From Gemmatimonadota bacterium (GTDB lineage: Bacteria > Gemmatimonadota > Gemmatimonadetes > Gemmatimonadales > GWC2-71-9), in NCBI GenBank assembly GCA_039588295.1, contig JBDHAB010000001.1, positions 384,001 through 448,000 on the forward strand: a stretch of 64,000 nt of DNA. Reading direction: 5' to 3'. The notes under the pieces were generated by a model that searched no databases, was not told the DNA's origin, and worked only from the letters and a program-made list of their open reading frames with translations. The translations under genes and the position numbers were made by a program. Below, piece by piece: positions 38,517 to 48,736 of this stretch. Numbering within the stretch: the stretch's first letter is position 1; the number at the start of each line of letters is the position of its first letter.

Positions 38517-38978
38517 CTATGAGCCGGTCGGGTACGCGCCTTCATCCCGTCGAAACTCGAGGAGCTCCACCGGTGCGCCGTCATCGACGATCATGGCCAC
38601 GCGCACACCGGCGGCGGGGGAACTCGGCACGGCCAGGATCTCCTTGCCTTCGAGTTCCGCGTCCAGGTCGTCGACTTCGAATGCGACATGGGGAACGGTC
38701 TTCACGAGCTCGGACACTGTGCTCTCCGGCTCGAAGCGCATCCATTCGATCCCGTAGGGGCTGGTCTCAAAACCGGACACATACATCTTGAACTGCTCGA
38801 GATACCGCTCGCCGGGGCGAGGTGTCGCCGTTGGCACGCCTAGATGGTGATAGCGCCAGCCGCACTGAGCGATAGCTGCCGGGGCCTCATGATCGCGACG
38901 TCGCTCAGCTGGCCTCGCTGTATGATTTGCGGTGTGTCCGGGTGTCATCTCATGCTCTCTCATTCCGAGCGTTTGCAA
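38517..38978 (-). CDS. VOC/glyoxalase-like protein
   Basis: YHHLGVPT, IEWMRF, PHVAFEVDDL, GAPVELLEF; start uncertain. Confidence 0.75.
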   Translation of the reverse strand: MQTLGMREHEMTPGHTANHTARPAERRRDHEAPAAIAQCGWRYHHLGVPTATPRPGERYLEQFKMYVSGFETSPYGIEWMRFEPESTVSELVKTVPHVAFEVDDLDAELEGKEILAVPSSPAAGVRVAMIVDDGAPVELLEFRRDEGAYPTGS

Positions 38979-39025
38979 TCCAGACTCTCAGTTGATCGTG
39001 ACCTGGAGCGTGTCGCTTTGCGCAA

Positions 39026-39487
39026 TCACTGTGGCAAGTTGCTGTTGCCTATGAGGCGAGCGAGCTTCCAGCGACCGTTTGATTGTCGCCGATAGAGTGC
39101 GATCTGCTTCATGTCGATGCGGATCGGATTGCCGTCGCCTCTGGGTACGACGGAGCCTGTCACGGCCGTGCGCGCGAACGCCCAGTCACCGAATACCTCG
39201 ATCTCGACCGGCGTGATCTCGATGTTCGAGCGGTAGCGCGAGAAACCGGAGACAGCGATGGACTCGAGACCGTCTCGAGTGGTGACGGCCGGTCCGTTGG
39301 CCGGCATGTACACGGCGTCGTCCGTGAAGAGCTCGACCCAGCCCATGATGTCGCCAGCATTGTTCGCATCGGCCGTGCGGTCGATCAGTGTCTGGATTGC
39401 AGCGACATCGGCATCGAGCGGCGGTGGGGCTTCCCCACACGCAAGGCCGCTCACGGCGACGAGGACGGCAAGGAATCGGATTCTCAT
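39026..39487 (-). CDS. NTF2/DUF4440 family lipoprotein
   Basis: Lipobox GLAC; LFTDDAV.MP, GDWAF, RRQ..G.WK. Confidence 0.82.
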   Translation of the reverse strand: MRIRFLAVLVAVSGLACGEAPPPLDADVAAIQTLIDRTADANNAGDIMGWVELFTDDAVYMPANGPAVTTRDGLESIAVSGFSRYRSNIEITPVEIEVFGDWAFARTAVTGSVVPRGDGNPIRIDMKQIALYRRQSNGRWKLARLIGNSNLPQ

Positions 39488-39595
39488 CGGTGTCACCCGG
39501 TGATCAATGGGCCTGATGTCCACGAATTGGCTGTGGTTGTATGGGAATCACGGAACCAGGAGGAGGAGGGTATGCTCCACCTGAATCCGATTCCC

Positions 39596-39817
39596 TCAGG
39601 GTTCTCGTAGAGCCGAATCGAGCCGGGCGCGGCGAGCAGCCGCCGAGTCCGCCACGTCCAGCGCCTTCTTCACGCCGGCTGCGCCAGGGAGGTTCGACTC
39701 CGCCAGCACGCTGTCGCGGGCGCGCTCCGCTTGCGGATCTTGCGGGCGCTCGGCGGTGTCTTGAGAGCCGCAGCCTAGGGTCATTGAAAGCAGGAGTCCG
39801 GCGATCATGGCGCGCAT
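39596..39817 (-). CDS. Small lipoprotein
   Basis: TLGC lipobox; DS.LAES.LPGA.GV..AL...DSA. Confidence 0.7.
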   Translation of the reverse strand: MRAMIAGLLLSMTLGCGSQDTAERPQDPQAERARDSVLAESNLPGAAGVKKALDVADSAAARRARLDSALREP

Positions 39818-39870
39818 GAGGGTTCCCCGCTGAAGAGACTATCACAGTGTGGTCGGTGATCGACCGGGGG

Positions 39871-40347
39871 TCAAGCGATGGAGGCCAGCTGCCTCAAGTC
39901 TTCAGCCGTGAGGCTGATCGCTTGGGCGAATCCGCCGACGTAGCGTCCCCTTTCAAGCTGCAATCGGTAGAGCCTGAAGTCACCGAGCGAGAAAGTCGGC
40001 TCGCTGGACGGGAATCGCCGAGTGAACAGCCGCTGCCCATCGCGATACGCGTCGGTTCCCCTGTCGATCGGCTGCACGACGCCGTGGAGGGTCAACCGTG
40101 GAATCTGCAGGGGATCGATGTCGGGCCCGTCGGGCTTGTGAATCAGCGCGCTGAAGTGCGCTCCCGGCTGAAGGCCACGGCTGTGACGGGCCAAATCCGA
40201 AGCGTGCACGAGCACGGCCCGATAGTCGGGAGTCATGGCGTACGGCAGAAGACCGACATGCGGCTCGCCGGACACGAGCAGCGACAGTGCGAGCACCCGT
40301 TGGGTCTCGAGCAGATCTCGCAACTCCTGAAGGTGATCCGGGTTCAT
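39871..40347 (-). CDS. Pyridoxamine 5'-phosphate oxidase-like (HugZ) protein
   Basis: S.LARH..., RLTL.G, LGDF.LY.L, YVGGF.QA. Confidence 0.85.
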   Translation of the reverse strand: MNPDHLQELRDLLETQRVLALSLLVSGEPHVGLLPYAMTPDYRAVLVHASDLARHSRGLQPGAHFSALIHKPDGPDIDPLQIPRLTLHGVVQPIDRGTDAYRDGQRLFTRRFPSSEPTFSLGDFRLYRLQLERGRYVGGFAQAISLTAEDLRQLASIA

Positions 40348-40361
40348 GCGGGCACGAGTGG

Positions 40362-40628
40362 CTAGCGCAACAGATCCAAGGTCCGCTCGATGAGGGCGAC
40401 GGCCTCAACGGAGTCTTCGGGGTCCACATAGTCGAGGGCAGAGGCGAGTTCGCGGAGTGCCTCCTCCCCTGCGGCATCGGTCCCCTCAATCGCGTCCGCA
40501 GCCAGAACCTGCTCCTGAAACGCTGTGATCGAGGGCGAACGTTGCCCCGGCACTTGGAGAGCTTCGTGCAGCAGGTTCAAGAGGTCGGACAAGTGCGGTA
40601 CCATGGCGGCGTGCAATTCGTTCGGCAC
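40362..40628 (-). CDS. Hypothetical protein
   Basis: Helical acidic ORF co-oriented with neighbours. Confidence 0.5.
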   Translation of the reverse strand: MPNELHAAMVPHLSDLLNLLHEALQVPGQRSPSITAFQEQVLAADAIEGTDAAGEEALRELASALDYVDPEDSVEAVALIERTLDLLR

Positions 40629-40913
40629 GGATTATGGCCTCGGGCACAGGCTCGTGCCGGGTCGGTCGTCGAGGCCCGCGGGCATTACCAGCGTGACCGT
40701 CTCACCGGCTCGGCGTAGACGCGCCGCCCCACCAGGCTGCCGCCGCGGCACGTACCTCCCCGTCGTAAAGCCGAGGACCACGGCCACGGAGAGGATCTCG
40801 CTTATGGAGATACGATAATCTGGTACCATGCGAAAGTAACCCACCCAGACGTTACGGACCTCTTCGCACCACGAACCTCGTCGTCGCCAGCTCGACGGCC
40901 ACACGAGGGATTG

Positions 40914-41876
40914 CTACCGGCCGCGCCCGGTGGCCGGGTCGCGTCCATAGAACGCCGACAGCTCATCGTACAAATCGGGTGCGCTTCTGCGCAGTTGCGC
41001 CGGCTTCTCAAAGAACGCCTCAGTCGCCACGGCAAAGAACTCTGCACGGTTCGTTGCCCCATATTTATTGAGCACCGTTCGACGGAATTGCTTTCTCGCT
41101 CGTTTCAATCGCTCGTGGTGCTTGCCCACGACGGCCGCCCATGTCTGCAGCGAGGAAGTCGGCAGCGCTGCGGGTACGCCGTCCGCGATCCCATCCTGCT
41201 GGTCCAGCCGGTGGGCGAACTCGTGAAACACCACGTTCCGCCCGTCGTCTGCATTCGCGGCGCCCCTACGCGCCGCATCCCAGGATACGACGACGGTACC
41301 GCCGATCCAAGACTCTCCCAGTCTCGACTCACGCGGCGGCGCAATCTGTCCGGTGGACAGCGCGTGCTGGCGGAGGGCGTCATCCGGTGGTGTGTACGCT
41401 CGTGGGTAGACCAAGATCGTCTTGAGATCCGGATAGCATCCGCTTTCGAGGCTCAGCAGGAGGTAACAGGCTTGGGAGGCGATGTTGAGCTTCATCTCCT
41501 CAGTCAGCTCGAGCCCACCGCATCCCTCGAACCGCTTCTCGTGCAGGAACACCTGTACATAGCGCAGGAGCCGCGCACGCTCAGGATCCGAGAGGGCGTG
41601 GGAAAGGGGAAAGGTCCGGTGGAGGATTTCGAACCAGTGCGATGGTATCGGTTCGTCGCGGAACTCAACCGGTCGAGTCCAGCGGATACTGGCGAGCCAT
41701 TGCCTTGCGAGATACATGAATGCGGCGACGGCTGCGAGGCCAAGTAGCCCGGCACCGACCAAGATGAAGAGCTCCATCGGACGACCCGTCACAAGCGCAA
41801 AGCCAACCAGGACGATACCGCCGAAGGCGGCGAGGAGCGGAAGTCGCCGTCTGGCGGTCAGATCAGGTATCGACAT
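40914..41876 (-). CDS. M90 family zinc peptidase (MtfA-like) with N-terminal TM helices
   Basis: IASQAC.L, ILVYP, NVVFHEFAH.LD, YGATN.AEFFAVATE.FFE. Confidence 0.9.
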   Translation of the reverse strand: MSIPDLTARRRLPLLAAFGGIVLVGFALVTGRPMELFILVGAGLLGLAAVAAFMYLARQWLASIRWTRPVEFRDEPIPSHWFEILHRTFPLSHALSDPERARLLRYVQVFLHEKRFEGCGGLELTEEMKLNIASQACYLLLSLESGCYPDLKTILVYPRAYTPPDDALRQHALSTGQIAPPRESRLGESWIGGTVVVSWDAARRGAANADDGRNVVFHEFAHRLDQQDGIADGVPAALPTSSLQTWAAVVGKHHERLKRARKQFRRTVLNKYGATNRAEFFAVATEAFFEKPAQLRRSAPDLYDELSAFYGRDPATGRGR

Positions 41877-41926
41877 CCGTGGCTTGCGGAGTTGCGCACC
41901 GGCGATCTAGTCCGGGAGCGTGGTGC

Positions 41927-42178
41927 TCAAAAGATGCGGTATTTGACCGCCAGGTACACTAGCATCGCCACGCAAGCCAAGATGGCGGGTATAGCGAGGG
42001 ACGTGATCAGCTTTGCCCGCGCCATCGCTTGCTTCTGAAGGGCGATGGCCTCGCTCCGCACCTTCTTGGTTTCTTCCGCCGCCTCGTGCAGGAACTGAAG
42101 CGTCTCGTCTTGTTTCGCCAGCAATTCTCGTTGCGCCTGACGCATTGCGTCGAGCGCCTCGTGCATCTGTTGGTCCAC
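41927..42178 (-). CDS. Small coiled-coil membrane protein
   Basis: Heptad-rich N-half, C-terminal TM. Confidence 0.6.
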   Translation of the reverse strand: MDQQMHEALDAMRQAQRELLAKQDETLQFLHEAAEETKKVRSEAIALQKQAMARAKLITSLAIPAILACVAMLVYLAVKYRIF

Positions 42179-42197
42179 AGCTCATCCCTCTTGAAGG

Positions 42198-43436
42198 TCA
42201 ATTGCCTGGCATTGCTCGATGTCTCACCGTCGCGAGCAAGGCGTCGAGAAATGGCCCGAGAACGGACGGACGTCCGCCGCCAAAGATATTCCAACTGTTG
42301 ACCACACCGATCAGGCGGTATTCCGGGATAACGACCAGGAATTGTCCGCCAAAACCGAGACCGGCCCACACGTCCGCCGCGTCGCGATCGATCCGCCACC
42401 ACTGATAGCCATATCCCCAGCCCGCGCGATTGACACCCTCAACCCGGCGCGCGGTTGAGGCCTCGACCCAACCCTCCGGGAGGATGCGACGGCCGTCCCA
42501 GATGCCGTCGTTCATGTACAGATACCCGATCTTGGCCAACTGCTCTGCCTCGAGGTAGAGGCCGCCTTCGGTGTCCGGCAGGCCCCTTGGCGTCTTCTTC
42601 CAGTGGTAGTCGTGAATGCCAAGCGGGCCAAACAGGTGTTGTTCCGCGTATTCGTCGACATAGCTCCCGGTGGCGTTCTTCACGATCGCAGACATCAGGT
42701 GGCTTCCGCCGCTATTGTAGACCCACTTCTCACCCGGGTTGGCGTCCATCGGCTGGTCGAGGGTGAATTGGACCCAGTCATCACTCGCCTCGAGCTGCAG
42801 CGTGGTGTTGGTTTCGTCGAACGGGCGGTCCGATTCGTGCCACTCGATCCCGGAGCGCATGGTCAGCAGATCGTCCAGCGTCACATTCCGTAACCACTCG
42901 TCGGCATTCGACAGATCATAGTTGTCGAGAAAGGCCACAATTGGGGTGTCGATCCCTTCGATCTCGCCTTGCCCGATCGCGATCCCAATCAATGCCGACG
43001 TCACGGATTTCGTCACGGACTGGAGCGAGTGAATGTCCCGGCCTTGGTAGTATGGGTGCCAGTCGGGATGATAGTAGTTGTACTGGTGTATGTCGCTTGC
43101 GTCGCGGCATGTACCTTGACCGCATCCCAGTGTCCCCTCATGTCCTTGGCTGATCGTGCGGTAGTCGTTTTCGTATTGCTCGCTGACTACGAGATATCCG
43201 TTGCGCACGACGACCATGCGATCGACGTAGCCGTACGTTCCAGCCTGGATGGTTCGGTGCAGCGCTTCGAGTGGTGCAGGGTGGAGGCCCTGAGCCTCGG
43301 GTGAGCTGAGGCTCCAGCCACTGGTGGGCCCGGCCGCCTGCTGAGCGGCGATTCGCGAGCCGTGTGCGCTCGCGAGAAGCATGATGGTAAGCCGCAGGCA
43401 AGCGCGGAGTAGGCGAGCGGCGGTCACAGCACACAT
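42198..43436 (-). CDS. Serine hydrolase (class C beta-lactamase-like)
   Basis: QSVTKS (SxxK), LLTMRSG, YNS, YGYQWW, G.GGQ. Confidence 0.9.
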   Translation of the reverse strand: MCAVTAARLLRACLRLTIMLLASAHGSRIAAQQAAGPTSGWSLSSPEAQGLHPAPLEALHRTIQAGTYGYVDRMVVVRNGYLVVSEQYENDYRTISQGHEGTLGCGQGTCRDASDIHQYNYYHPDWHPYYQGRDIHSLQSVTKSVTSALIGIAIGQGEIEGIDTPIVAFLDNYDLSNADEWLRNVTLDDLLTMRSGIEWHESDRPFDETNTTLQLEASDDWVQFTLDQPMDANPGEKWVYNSGGSHLMSAIVKNATGSYVDEYAEQHLFGPLGIHDYHWKKTPRGLPDTEGGLYLEAEQLAKIGYLYMNDGIWDGRRILPEGWVEASTARRVEGVNRAGWGYGYQWWRIDRDAADVWAGLGFGGQFLVVIPEYRLIGVVNSWNIFGGGRPSVLGPFLDALLATVRHRAMPGN

Positions 43437-43473
43437 CGGTTCCTCCCCGAAGATGGCCCAGCGCGGAGGTGCG

Positions 43474-43947
43474 CTAGTCGAGGCGCGCAATGGAGCGCTC
43501 GAAGTCGCGCACGAACATCCGGCTGCCTTTCGCGAATACCTCGTGTCCCTCTGATTCCAAGTGTCTCTTCTGACCGGTGACCCCTCCGGGGTACTTCGGG
43601 TTCAACTCACCACCCGCCTTCAAGGTACGCCAGTACGGTGTGATCGCTGTCCGGCCGTCGGCTTCATCTTCCCCTGCCGCACCTGCGGCAATCCGCGCCA
43701 GAATCCCGGTGGTAATCGGGCAGCCGATCGTCGCGTCATGTCGACGGGCGACGATCTCTCGGATGTGATTGATCGTGATGAGCTTACGCTTCGGCACCCT
43801 GCGCATGATCTCGTCGACTTCTCGGGGAGCCGGGATGACGATCGTTCCGGTTCCCCACTGCTTGCGCATTCCGTCTGAGATGGCTTCCACACGCGGTAGG
43901 TCCTTGCTGTCTGCCAACTTCTCCCGGAAGGCCTTGCGTCGTCCCAC
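43474..43947 (-). CDS. MGMT-family-like DNA-binding protein
   Basis: VP..KLIT, CPITTGI, TPYWRTLK..GELNPKYPGG...Q...LE.EG. Confidence 0.75.
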   Translation of the reverse strand: MGRRKAFREKLADSKDLPRVEAISDGMRKQWGTGTIVIPAPREVDEIMRRVPKRKLITINHIREIVARRHDATIGCPITTGILARIAAGAAGEDEADGRTAITPYWRTLKAGGELNPKYPGGVTGQKRHLESEGHEVFAKGSRMFVRDFERSIARLD

Positions 43948-43985
43948 TGTCGCACTCCCCTCGGCGAACCGTTCGGCCTGCCGAA

Positions 43986-44567
43986 CTAACGTGAGATCAT
44001 CACGTGCGCGGTCGGCTTGCCGGGAAACATCAGCCACGGGACACCGTCACCCGGACGGCTGGGTAAACCGGTCTGCTCAGCCGTCGCGTAGGCCATGTAG
44101 ATCACGGTCAGGTGGTTGAGCCCCTCCATGTTCTCGGGGCTCACGGTAGAGGGATCGGATCCAAACAGTTGATGCAGTGCGGCTGGGTGTCGCGGCATCT
44201 CCAGACGACCGGCCTCGATCTCTTCCCACCGCCGCTCGATCGACGGCTGTCCCGTGATCCCCTGGGCGTGTAGTTCGCGACCGCGCGCCATGTATGGCGC
44301 GAGGGACTTGTGATAGCAGGCAGCCTGGAACCGATCGTCTCCCGGGCGGTCTGCCAGGCAGATGAAGTCGCCGGTGCCGCGGCGGAGCGGCACGACGGTG
44401 CCATCCTCATAGCCGAGCACAGTGGCGCTTACTCGTTCGGCCTCGGGGAGCGGTAGCACCGCGAGCGCGATCTGGCGGTCGGCCGCCTGGGCGACGGCGG
44501 TGATCGGTGTGACCGCCGCAAGAAGGAGGAAGCCGATCGGCAGTGCGAACCGGTTGAGCCTCATCAT
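43986..44567 (-). CDS. Hypothetical secreted protein
   Basis: Signal peptide; ICLAD.P, ACYH, PWLM.PG...AH.M. Confidence 0.75.
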   Translation of the reverse strand: MMRLNRFALPIGFLLLAAVTPITAVAQAADRQIALAVLPLPEAERVSATVLGYEDGTVVPLRRGTGDFICLADRPGDDRFQAACYHKSLAPYMARGRELHAQGITGQPSIERRWEEIEAGRLEMPRHPAALHQLFGSDPSTVSPENMEGLNHLTVIYMAYATAEQTGLPSRPGDGVPWLMFPGKPTAHVMISR

Positions 44568-44659
44568 TGGACCTCCCCTGGATCCGTGGTGTGAAGTTGG
44601 TGTCCCCGCCGGAGTGCTTGGTCACGCTTACGCGAGTGAGCTGCGTTCTCGTCAACGTG

Positions 44660-45124
44660 CTATGCCTTCTTGCGGGGTCTTTGCTTGGAGTGGACGTCCT
44701 TCGCTCGGGCAATCAGCTTCTCAACTTCCAACGATGCGATCGTATCGCCTATGAGCGGTAGCGGGAGGTCGTCCAGCTTGCGGAATCGCACGCACGACTT
44801 GCCAACGTCAAATCGCTTGCCAGTTGCCCTGTAGGCCGTCTCGAACTCTCGGCACGACTCTTCCGAGCTATAGATACCGGTGAGGTAGACTGCCATGTGG
44901 TTCTTCTGCGATGCCAGAGCGGCATACATGAGTGGCTGACCGTTATACGTGTCTGGATACGTCTTCAAGGGTACCTGATACGTGATCATCCCCCAGTTCA
45001 TCACCTCTTCGTAGCCCGCAGGTAGATTCTCGAGAATGACCTGGCGAACCGTGGAGAGAGCCTGACGTCGTGTGTCGGGCAGTGCCGTGAGGTACTGCTC
45101 AACGGTGGTGGCCTCCGATCGCAT
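44660..45124 (-). CDS. DUF1801 domain protein
   Basis: YEEVMNWGMI.Y, YNGQPL, LASQK, GKSCVRF. Confidence 0.88.
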   Translation of the reverse strand: MRSEATTVEQYLTALPDTRRQALSTVRQVILENLPAGYEEVMNWGMITYQVPLKTYPDTYNGQPLMYAALASQKNHMAVYLTGIYSSEESCREFETAYRATGKRFDVGKSCVRFRKLDDLPLPLIGDTIASLEVEKLIARAKDVHSKQRPRKKA

Positions 45125-45175
45125 AACGATCCTCCTCTTTCTTGATCAGTGGCGTCGATGTGGAGCCTGATAGCG

Positions 45176-45904
45176 TCATGCATCCTCTATTTGGGAGAGA
45201 CGGGCCACGTACTCGCCATGTTGCTCGCTCAGTACCTCGCAGGTCCATCCCATTGACACGGCGTGCTGCCGCAAGGTCTGCGGATCCACGTGCAACCAGT
45301 CACAATACGGGCCCGTCTGACCCTGAAACTCGAACTGGATGCGGATCATTCCGACATACCGCCCTTGTTGACGATTTGTTTCATGGTAGGCCAGATGGAT
45401 CGGATCGTCGGTCTGCCGAACGTCCACGGAATGGATGAGCACCTGTCCCTCGGTACTGGTGAGTTGATGGGCGTGGCCAAGGAACCGGTCCAGACCCGAT
45501 AAGCCTTGAACCATTCCTATGCCATGACCCAGCATCAAGAGAGTATCGAACGGGCCGCCGTCAAACTGGAATACGTCGGCGCGCTGAACGTCCTGCACAC
45601 CGCGCTCGGCCATGATATCGACCGCCTGTGGGCTGATGTCGATGGCCGTGACGTGCAGTCCCTGAGATTGCATGACCAGAGCGTGAAGTCCTGAGCCGGC
45701 GCCAATGTCGAGCACGTGCCCCTGACAGCGCTCGAGCGCTGCCACCTCGAGCGGCGAGAACTCGGTTGGCGGGCGGAAGAAATGGCTCACCGGTACAGGG
45801 TCCTCGAATCCGTCATCGCGTCGTATGGTGAGCCGGGTGTCCGTCTCACCGGTGAAGTACGCGAGAAGCGCGAGTCCGTGTGGCATCATGGCGTCTGGAT
45901 GCAT
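45176..45904 (-). CDS. Class I SAM-dependent methyltransferase
   Basis: G.ALLAY, VLDIGAGSG.HAL, FDTLLMLG.GIG; start re-assigned to MHPDA. Confidence 0.85.
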   Translation of the reverse strand: MHPDAMMPHGLALLAYFTGETDTRLTIRRDDGFEDPVPVSHFFRPPTEFSPLEVAALERCQGHVLDIGAGSGLHALVMQSQGLHVTAIDISPQAVDIMAERGVQDVQRADVFQFDGGPFDTLLMLGHGIGMVQGLSGLDRFLGHAHQLTSTEGQVLIHSVDVRQTDDPIHLAYHETNRQQGRYVGMIRIQFEFQGQTGPYCDWLHVDPQTLRQHAVSMGWTCEVLSEQHGEYVARLSQIEDA

Positions 45905-46194
45905 CGCAATCAGGTCTTGTCGTTGACGGTTCTCGTGTCCAGTGACGCTTGGCATCCTTGGGCGCTCGTTGCGTGGATCTGGTTCTAACAACCGCGCAAC
46001 CAGCTGCTCTGGGGTATCCACCGAGTTCTCGACGAAACACTCAGGTCCGAAGATCGCCCCGGTGAACACGGTACGTAGCAGGTTCACTCGCTCCGTCCCG
46101 ATTGTCCAGGCATCGCGGGGCGGCATCGCGTGCCGCCGCTACCTCCGGGACTCAAGAGAACTCTCGATTCTCCTGAAAGACCGCTGGTGGCGCC

Positions 46195-46704
46195 TCATGC
46201 GCTGTGGCTGAGACACCGATCGGGACGTCGCGGCAGCCACCGGTTGACTCGCTGCAGATACCGCGAGTACGTGGTCCCGAAGCGCTGTGACAACACTGGT
46301 TCCTCATAGAGTCGCACGAAGAGATGCGCAAGAAGCCATCCGCAGGCGGCAAGCAGCTCGATGGCGGGAGAGCGTAACCACAGTCCGACGCCACCCAGCA
46401 GTCCGAGTGCGCCGAGGTACATGGGGTTCCGGACCCAGCGATAGGGACCCACCACGACGAACGTCCGCGGCGCATCAAAGGGTGCCGGTGTGCCTCTACC
46501 CGCGGCAACGAAGAGGATGCCACACAGGAGTACCAGGGCGCCTCCCAGACCCGCCAACACGAGGCCCAACGGCTGGACCCACTGCGGAAGGCTCACGCCG
46601 AGCCGAGTGTCCAGGGGTCGGATCAGGACTGCGAGCCAGGCCCACAGTAGCATGAAACCGGTCATGTAAAGAAGAGCGCGAACGGCAAGCAATAGGCCAG
46701 TCAT
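46195..46704 (-). CDS. Isoprenylcysteine carboxyl methyltransferase/PEMT family membrane protein
   Basis: G.GTPAPFD, GPY.WVRNPMY, EEP.L..RFG..Y..Y...V.RW.PR. Confidence 0.88.
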   Translation of the reverse strand: MTGLLLAVRALLYMTGFMLLWAWLAVLIRPLDTRLGVSLPQWVQPLGLVLAGLGGALVLLCGILFVAAGRGTPAPFDAPRTFVVVGPYRWVRNPMYLGALGLLGGVGLWLRSPAIELLAACGWLLAHLFVRLYEEPVLSQRFGTTYSRYLQRVNRWLPRRPDRCLSHSA

Positions 46705-46717
46705 GATCCACTGATGG

Positions 46718-47185
46718 TCAAATCTTGTCCCAATTCCAGATCGCGTACTGTGTCGCCTGATTCAATTTGTGGCCGCACTCCTTGAGGGTCAGGAGGATGC
46801 TTCCTCGATGGTGACTCTCATGCGCGACGAAGTATGCGAGGCTGGTCGCGACCCCCTTCTTGAAGCCGCGGCGCTTGGCTTCCCCCGCGATCAGATCGGC
46901 GAGAAACGATTCCACCGCGGCCCCTGACGCGGAAAGGGCCTTTCTAAGCTGCGGCTCTGTGGGGTGCGTCTTGGCCTGGAACGTCTTGAGCTTCTGCGCG
47001 AGATCTCTTGCCCGTTGTTGCAGGTGCCACACACGCACATTGTGGATATGAGCGAACTGCCCAGCGACGTCGCGGCCGCCGTGCTTCGAGAGGGTGCACC
47101 GCATGCCCGCACTACTGATGCGGTCGATCAGAAACAGGTTGATGCGGTTGTTCGTGCGCCAGGCTTCGAGCACCTCCTCGAGCAT
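46718..47185 (-). CDS. DinB family protein
   Basis: FAHIHNVR..., YFVAHESHHRG. Confidence 0.85.
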   Translation of the reverse strand: MLEEVLEAWRTNNRINLFLIDRISSAGMRCTLSKHGGRDVAGQFAHIHNVRVWHLQQRARDLAQKLKTFQAKTHPTEPQLRKALSASGAAVESFLADLIAGEAKRRGFKKGVATSLAYFVAHESHHRGSILLTLKECGHKLNQATQYAIWNWDKI

Positions 47186-47246
47186 ACACCCTCCAGTTCC
47201 GGCGGAGGCCGGCTGGTGCCTCAGGCGTTCGCGTCGTGGCACGTTG

Positions 47247-47753
47247 CTATCCGTCGCGCCGTTCCGACACCAATCGCGAAATGGACTGGGCGCCGATCCC
47301 TGCGGATTGGCCGGTCACGACTCGCCGGTGATAGTCCACTTGTCCGAGGTGGAATGCTAGGTGAGCGGCCAGATGGGTCAGGAACAGGCCGGTCGCGAGC
47401 CGGGTGCCGCCGACAGCAAGTGGGTACTGCTGGCTGAGATTTCCATCGTCGAGGCGCTCGAACGTCTGTCGTACCACCCGGATGGTGGCCTCAATCCTAG
47501 CCTCTAGCTCGGAGCGCGGCACCGAGCGGTCGGCAAACTCGGCCTCGCGGTCGCGAACGTAGCCGGTACCGCCCAACTGTGCTCCGATGAAGTGCTGGAG
47601 GTTACCGGTGAGGTGAAGCGCGAGTGTGCCAGCCGAGTTCGCGATTCCCTGGGGGCACGCCCACAGCGCGTCCTCCTCGGGGTACGCACGAATCTCCTCG
47701 CGGAGCGCCGCCAGATCCCGAGCGATGACTAGTTGAAGGAACTCTGTTGTCAT
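47247..47753 (-). CDS. DinB/DUF1572 family protein
   Basis: NSAG.LALHL.GNL.HFIG, RDREAEF, HL..HL.FHLGQ..YHRR. Confidence 0.85.
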   Translation of the reverse strand: MTTEFLQLVIARDLAALREEIRAYPEEDALWACPQGIANSAGTLALHLTGNLQHFIGAQLGGTGYVRDREAEFADRSVPRSELEARIEATIRVVRQTFERLDDGNLSQQYPLAVGGTRLATGLFLTHLAAHLAFHLGQVDYHRRVVTGQSAGIGAQSISRLVSERRDG

Positions 47754-47834
47754 GTCGAACCCCGAAGTCTCCAAACATGGTGGTTTCGCTGCCCTGCCGG
47801 GCACCCACGCGCCGATGGCGGCAGGTAGAGCCCG

Positions 47835-48731
47835 TCAGTTCCCACTGGATCTCAAGAACTCTCGAATCAACGTTCGGAACCGACTGGGATCTTCGATGAA
47901 TGGAAAATGACCGACGTTTGACAATACTTCGAGACGCGCGTTCGGGACCGCAGCTGCCGTCGCCCGGATTGCCGTCGGTGCGAAGACAGAGCAGTCGCCG
48001 TAGATCAGCAAGACGGAGACATCCAGCGCTTGCAGCGGGCCCGTGATATCCCATTCTCCCAGATCGGCCCGAAGGGCGGCAGCGGCAGCGTTCAGGTTTG
48101 CAAGACTGTCCGCGGTGAATCCGAAGTTCAGTGCCTCAGCCTGTGCCGGATCGGCAAAGTACGGCCGTAGAAACACCCGGAAGTAGGCTTCGACGAGTTC
48201 CGGTTGCCGTTGCCAATCGGGATTCGCGGTGAACGCATCGAGGCGTGCCGCGTCCGCGGGCGAACGGCGCGTCGCGATGGTGTCGCGGTAGGTCGCCCAA
48301 CCTGCATAGGTGATCGGGTCGCCGTCGATCACGACCACTCGATCCGTCCGATCCGGATAGGCGATGGCATAATGCAGGGCCAACAACCCACCGAACGAGT
48401 GCCCCAGGAGAGTGACGCGGTCGATGCCGACGGCCGCTCTGACTGCGTCGAGGTCGGCCACGAACTGGGCCATCGTCAGCAACGCGGGCCGATCGGCGCC
48501 GGTCGATGCTCCACTGCCGCGCTGCTCGTAGAAGATGAGCTGCACGATGTCCGAGAGTTGCGCGGTGATCGCATCCTCGAGGTACTGGCGCCCGAACCCT
48601 GGCCCACCCGGAACCACGATCACCGGGGCTCCCGTGCCAACGGCCGTGTACCGCAGCCACGTCCCAGCTACTTCAACACCCCGCCCCAATGGCTCGGCTC
48701 GAGCATGTGGTTGCGTGGAGCCTGGCTTCAT
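47835..48731 (-). CDS. Alpha/beta hydrolase (proline iminopeptidase-like)
   Basis: GGPG, YEQRG.G.S, GHSFGG, GHFPFIE. Confidence 0.88.
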   Translation of the reverse strand: MKPGSTQPHARAEPLGRGVEVAGTWLRYTAVGTGAPVIVVPGGPGFGRQYLEDAITAQLSDIVQLIFYEQRGSGASTGADRPALLTMAQFVADLDAVRAAVGIDRVTLLGHSFGGLLALHYAIAYPDRTDRVVVIDGDPITYAGWATYRDTIATRRSPADAARLDAFTANPDWQRQPELVEAYFRVFLRPYFADPAQAEALNFGFTADSLANLNAAAAALRADLGEWDITGPLQALDVSVLLIYGDCSVFAPTAIRATAAAVPNARLEVLSNVGHFPFIEDPSRFRTLIREFLRSSGN

Positions 48732-48736
48732 GATGG

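Noticed and set aside
40632..40904. 90-aa minus-strand ORF
   Set aside because: No motif, RBS or convincing composition
25772..43436. Two beta-lactamase-family genes as antibiotic resistance
   Set aside because: SxxK serine hydrolases of these types are commonly peptidases or esterases; resistance cannot be inferred from sequence alone
45905..46126. N-terminal extension of the 45176 methyltransferase ORF
   Set aside because: Likely an unrelated remnant in frame; domain starts at MHPDA and the extension could not be assigned
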